NCBI GenBank assembly: GCA_029856365.1
Contig: JAHQWW010000004.1
Coordinates: forward strand, 1 to 64,000
Source of the DNA: Candidatus Hodarchaeota archaeon
GTDB lineage: Archaea; Asgardarchaeota; Heimdallarchaeia; Hodarchaeales; Hodarchaeaceae
Reading direction: 5' to 3'
DNA length: 64,000 bases
Shown here: positions 59,767 to 64,000 of the stretch, in pieces
Layout of the letters: every line of letters starts with the position of its first letter
How positions within the stretch are numbered: position 1 is the stretch's first letter
Position numbers and translations under genes: made by a program
Notes under the pieces: generated by a model
The model's database searches: none
The model's input: the letters and a program-made list of their open reading frames with translations, nothing else
Told to the model about the DNA's origin: nothing

Positions 59767-60606
59767 ATGAATACCACAATGAACGAGAAAAAAGAAAGTA
59801 CCACGAAGAAGTTAGGGAGATTTTTAGGTAAAAAAGCGGTTGATGCTGGACATATTATTGATAGAGAAATTAGAAAAGCGGGTAAAATAGCTAGGGATGA
59901 ATTTAAGGAATTTGATGTTGGAAATATAGTAGTAAAGCCAACAGAACGACCTAAAGATGAGTCAGTAGTTCATTTTACTCGTCGTGCCCGCCCAACAAAG
60001 ACCTATACACAAGCAAACCGTACAGTCCAGTTTTTCTCGCGTAATCCTGACAAAAAGGAAATGAATCCTGGGATTGATGGACTTGTGAGTTTTTCGATTC
60101 TTATAGCTCCCTTTGCACTGCTTATTGGTGCTTTAATCATTTTTACGAATTTTGATGAATTATTAGCAATATTATTGTTATTCCTCTATGCAATTCTTAT
60201 TGCAATCCCTGGAGCATACCTTGGAATTGATGCTATATTTGCAGGGGCACGATCCGTGATTAAGGGGGGAACAACAACAGTAATAACAATCTTTCGTGGT
60301 TTTTTTGAATTCTTATCTCTTATGGTACAAGGAATAACTGAATTATTAATCCTTGTATTAAATGGACTATTTGGGTTTGCTAAGGGAGCCTTTGATACTT
60401 TAGCTGATTATATTGTGTTTATTGGTGTGTATACTCTATTTGCAATTGCAATTTATTTCGTTCTTCAACTTCTAAATATCACTCAAATTTCTGGCTCTTT
60501 TATTGTATTAGGATTCTTAGTTTTATTACCAGCTCTCCTCCCTGCGAGTATTGCCCATCGTTATTGGTTACTTTGGAGATTGAATCGAGAATCAGCTTCT
60601 AGATGA
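59767..60606 (+). CDS. Hypothetical membrane protein
   Basis: Charged N-terminus followed by several hydrophobic/amphipathic helices; GGAGG upstream. Confidence 0.8.
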   Translation: MNTTMNEKKESTTKKLGRFLGKKAVDAGHIIDREIRKAGKIARDEFKEFDVGNIVVKPTERPKDESVVHFTRRARPTKTYTQANRTVQFFSRNPDKKEMNPGIDGLVSFSILIAPFALLIGALIIFTNFDELLAILLLFLYAILIAIPGAYLGIDAIFAGARSVIKGGTTTVITIFRGFFEFLSLMVQGITELLILVLNGLFGFAKGAFDTLADYIVFIGVYTLFAIAIYFVLQLLNITQISGSFIVLGFLVLLPALLPASIAHRYWLLWRLNRESASR

Positions 60607-60645
60607 AATTAACTTACCCTAATTCCATTCAAGGAGTTCGATAAA

Positions 60646-61110
60646 ATGGTTATTACAACATTAGATAATATTGACGAAATGATTATTCGTTCTTTAAGTC
60701 AAGACGGTAAAGAATCATATACAAAGATAGCCAACAAGTTAGGGGTCTCAGCCCAGACAATATCTGACCGTGTGGAAAAATTAAGGAAGAAAAAGATAAT
60801 AAAAGGTTTTACTATTGAAGTGGATCCCGAAAAAGTAGATTATCCGATCGAGTTCATTTGTGAATTGGATATTGATGCCAGTGTAATGGACGATGTGCTC
60901 GCTGTGTTGGAACAAATTGAAGAAATACATGTCATCAAGATTACCACAGGAATCCATGATATCTTATGCATTGGAAATGCTCAGAATATTGAAAATCTAC
61001 ACAATATTATCGAAAGAAAGATATCTACCATTCTGGGAGTAAATAAAACCTATACTTCGATTACTTTAAAGAAAATAAAGCAAAATCAAATCCTGAATTT
61101 TAATGTCTAA
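60646..61110 (+). CDS. Lrp/AsnC family transcriptional regulator
   Basis: LDNIDEMII…DGKESYTKIANKLGVS…RVEKL HTH plus a RAM domain (TTGIHD). Confidence 0.95.
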   Translation: MVITTLDNIDEMIIRSLSQDGKESYTKIANKLGVSAQTISDRVEKLRKKKIIKGFTIEVDPEKVDYPIEFICELDIDASVMDDVLAVLEQIEEIHVIKITTGIHDILCIGNAQNIENLHNIIERKISTILGVNKTYTSITLKKIKQNQILNFNV

Positions 61111-61273
61111 TCATGAATTATTATGAAATATTTAGCCTTTTAAAACGAATTAAATATCCAATTTTTATCATAGATCAATTATAACTCCAATTGTTGAGCA
61201 AAATATGCCAAATTAGTCAAGTTTAAAAATTAAAAAGTGAATCACAGCGAAAAATAATAGGAAAGAAAAGAAA

Positions 61274-62467
61274 ATGTCTGCTAAAGTCTATTATGGGTCT
61301 TTACAACATGGTACAAATCAAAGATTCGCCACTTTCGCAGCGAAAGTGGACAAAATCGTTGAATTGCTTGATTTTTCTACTATTGAAAAACACGACAAAG
61401 TTGCTGTCAAAATGCACCTTGGGTTCCAAGATGTCTATCAAACGGTTCCAGTTTTTTTTGTTCGACGTATTGTGAAAGCGATCAAACAGGCTGGGGGGTG
61501 GCCATTTATTACCGATAATCCAACAGCAGTCTATAATGCTGTCGATCGTGGTTATACACAAGAAACCTGTGGATGTCCAATCATTCCTATTAGTGGGGTG
61601 AAAGATGGTTATACAGTTGAGAAACGCGTTGATTACAAAAATGTAGATACATTGGACATGGCTGGTGTTTTACATGATGCTGATGTACTAGTTGATGTGA
61701 GTCACATCAAAGGTCATAACTCGTGTGGATTTGGAGGAGCCATCAAAAACATAGCCGTCGGGGGATATGCAGCGCAAACCCGTTGGAATAAAATTCATGG
61801 TGTAGAACAATACATCCCTTATTGGGATCCTGAAAAATGCTCTCCTAAACATGCAAAGGAATTGGTTCTCTCATGCCCTTACAAACAAATAAAGTACAAC
61901 GAAGAAAAACACAAACTTACAATTCCCTTTGGTATGTGTAATCAATGTGATGAGTGTTTAGAAGCGGATAAAGAGGTTGGATGTTTAGAATATCGACAGG
62001 AGCATTTCTCAGCTTTTCAAGAATTATTGGCAATAGCTGCAAAACAAGTTTTGGATACATTTAACGATGATAAGAAATTCTTCATAAGCTTCCTACTCGA
62101 GATAACTGCTCTATGCGATTGCTGGGGTTTTGCACAACCTTGTATAGTAAATGACTTAGGGGTGTTAGGTAGTAGAGACATTGTAGCAATTGAAACCGCT
62201 GCTCTAGATCTTATTGCAAAAGAAGGGCTTATTGTAAAAAATATCCCCCCTCACTATATACATGCAAATCTAGATCCTAATGTTGATCTTCATCCATTCC
62301 AACGTCTTCATGGGCGAATGAAGAGCCCATATTTGGCAGTTGAATTCGCTAGAGACCTCGGTTTAGGTACACAAGAATATCAACTGATAGAAGTCTTATC
62401 TCCAGAAGAAACATTGAAAAGTGAACCCCCAAAGGGAGTAAGTGAACGTGATCCCTCATTCTATTAG
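61274..62467 (+). CDS. DUF362 family iron-sulfur protein
   Basis: KVAVKMHLG, SHIKGH…GFGGAIKN, CDC, DIVAIE; degenerate ferredoxin insert (CNQCDEC). Confidence 0.88.
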   Translation: MSAKVYYGSLQHGTNQRFATFAAKVDKIVELLDFSTIEKHDKVAVKMHLGFQDVYQTVPVFFVRRIVKAIKQAGGWPFITDNPTAVYNAVDRGYTQETCGCPIIPISGVKDGYTVEKRVDYKNVDTLDMAGVLHDADVLVDVSHIKGHNSCGFGGAIKNIAVGGYAAQTRWNKIHGVEQYIPYWDPEKCSPKHAKELVLSCPYKQIKYNEEKHKLTIPFGMCNQCDECLEADKEVGCLEYRQEHFSAFQELLAIAAKQVLDTFNDDKKFFISFLLEITALCDCWGFAQPCIVNDLGVLGSRDIVAIETAALDLIAKEGLIVKNIPPHYIHANLDPNVDLHPFQRLHGRMKSPYLAVEFARDLGLGTQEYQLIEVLSPEETLKSEPPKGVSERDPSFY

Positions 62468-62597
62468 TTATTAACTCATATAGACTTGTTAGCTGGTCTG
62501 AATCCAAGAGAACTCCTTGTAGAAAACATTTCCTTAGCCTGAAAAATAAAAATCTTAAAACTACAAAAGATTTGATGCTTAACAAATGAATTGAGGC

Positions 62598-63083
62598 ATG
62601 AAGATGAGTGATATAAGTAGTGGATTAATAAAACTTGCTTATCGTGGAGTAGCTGGATTTTTTATTCTTTTATTATTGTTTATTTTTGGAGTAGTTGGCA
62701 TTGCTCTTGGATTTGCGGGTGGTCTTATTATTGCTTTGTGTTGGATTCCTCTAGCCTATCCAGAGATATTAACTGAATTTAATATCGTTGTCATTGGTGG
62801 TCAGGGCACTACAGATCCAGTAGTAGCTTCCCTAGCATTATTAGTCGCGGGGCTTGTTCTCCTAGCTGTAGGATTTTTGTTTTTGATAATAACCTACTTA
62901 ATTGGAAAAGGAGCAATTATTGTTGACAAAGAACTCGCAAATGTTATAGATAGCGCCTTTTCAGGCTCAGGAAAAGATCGAATAGCCCGTTTAGAACGAT
63001 TAGCGGCTTTACATAACAGTGGTGCTCTTAGTGATAAAGAATTCGAGCACGAAAAAGCACTAATTCTAGAATCAGAGGAATGA
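62598..63083 (+). CDS. Membrane protein with C-terminal SHOCT domain
   Basis: Hydrophobic helices; LERLAALHNSGALSDKEFEHEKALIL. Confidence 0.88.
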   Translation: MKMSDISSGLIKLAYRGVAGFFILLLLFIFGVVGIALGFAGGLIIALCWIPLAYPEILTEFNIVVIGGQGTTDPVVASLALLVAGLVLLAVGFLFLIITYLIGKGAIIVDKELANVIDSAFSGSGKDRIARLERLAALHNSGALSDKEFEHEKALILESEE

Positions 63084-63116
63084 AAAGAAGAATCACCCTT
63101 TCATCCCTTTTTTTCT

Positions 63117-63812
63117 TTATAGAGTAATTTTCATCGGTTCTTTCATTCTAGGAATGACCACATTTATATCAGGCATTTTTTCAAGTGCCATAGCCTTAAA
63201 CTTCTGCATTTCGTCTTGGTTACCATGCATCGTCACTACAACTTTTGGTTTGATGTCTAAAGTCATCTTAAGAGCATTCTTTGGAGAACAGCTCGGAGAG
63301 GGGGCACCAGTGGGAAGAAAAGCTAGATCTGCAGAATAATCCTCCAACGGAATATATCCAGAGTCGCCCCCATGAAAAACACTAAAATCGGGCCACTTCA
63401 TCCTGAAGAGGGTTATTGATCCTGGATGGACACCACCAACAGCTGCAATCTCAAGACTATCAATTGATAATGATTCAGTTGATGTTAAAGCTTTTACTTT
63501 ATCAGCAGGAACCTTTGTTTTTAATTCTCTGGCCACCTGAGAATCCGCAATAACTATAGCCCCAGATACCTCGAAAATCTTTGAAGTCGTCTTAACATCA
63601 AAATGGTCTCTATGGGTATGAGTATTTAACTGCAAGTCAAGATTCTTTAAAGCTTTTATCTGATCATCGCTATCTAGAGCCATTTGACACATATCAACGG
63701 CAATGGCTTTGTCTGCCGCTCTAAACACAATACTTGAATAACCAAAATAGATGAAAGCTATTTCATTCTTTTCTATTGGTAATGAAAATAACTCTTTAAT
63801 AGGAGTAGACAT
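63117..63812 (-). CDS. Metallo-beta-lactamase fold hydrolase (UPF0173-like)
   Basis: THTHRDH, H, HGGDS, PKVVVTMHG; GAGGTG precedes the ATG at 63812. Confidence 0.9.
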   Translation of the reverse strand: MSTPIKELFSLPIEKNEIAFIYFGYSSIVFRAADKAIAVDMCQMALDSDDQIKALKNLDLQLNTHTHRDHFDVKTTSKIFEVSGAIVIADSQVARELKTKVPADKVKALTSTESLSIDSLEIAAVGGVHPGSITLFRMKWPDFSVFHGGDSGYIPLEDYSADLAFLPTGAPSPSCSPKNALKMTLDIKPKVVVTMHGNQDEMQKFKAMALEKMPDINVVIPRMKEPMKITL

Positions 63813-64000
63813 GATTGTGAACACCTCATGATTCAGAACATTAAGTAAAATTATTCTTTATATATACATTAGGCTAATTTCCGACTAAATTTATTCGAAT
63901 AAATTCAATGTCAAGTTGGGAGACAATTTTCAAGGGGAAAATTCGTGATGAACTCCTCCAAAAACTAGTGAATGAGTTATTTAAGTTTATAAATACAGAA

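Noticed and set aside
1-64000. Numerous short antisense or out-of-frame ORFs in the track (e.g. 6798-7094, 33639-34031, 34881-35105), plus CRISPR arrays and rRNA
   Set aside because: The short ORFs are shadows of well-supported genes. No repeat-spacer array or rRNA-like sequence was seen.

Overview
AT-rich (roughly one-third GC by eye) archaeal chromosomal segment. It is very likely from an Asgard archaeon, probably Heimdallarchaeia/Hodarchaeales-like (inference). Support: a DNA polymerase epsilon-like PolB carrying a LAGLIDADG intein, a Rab-like small GTPase, a gelsolin-domain protein, alpha-SNAP-like helical proteins (one fused to a longin/uDENN-like domain), two membrane subtilases built like eukaryotic site-1 protease, an FG-GAP (integrin-alpha-like) protein and an intron-containing tRNA-Cys. 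The left end (1-3.6 kb) is accessory: a VapBC pair, a 5'-truncated FG-GAP gene and a decayed ISH3/IS4-type element. The middle holds housekeeping genes (adk, dcd, class II HMG-CoA reductase, Nudix, HAD, DHH, glycosyltransferases, aIF-2B-like). The right part has three large amino-DNA-methyltransferases with no visible restriction nuclease, linked to a short MutY and about 1.6 kb from the Pol-epsilon-like gene. No rRNA or CRISPR array was seen. All family assignments come from motif recognition by eye, and comparisons with eukaryotic proteins are recalled from memory. No database search was run.
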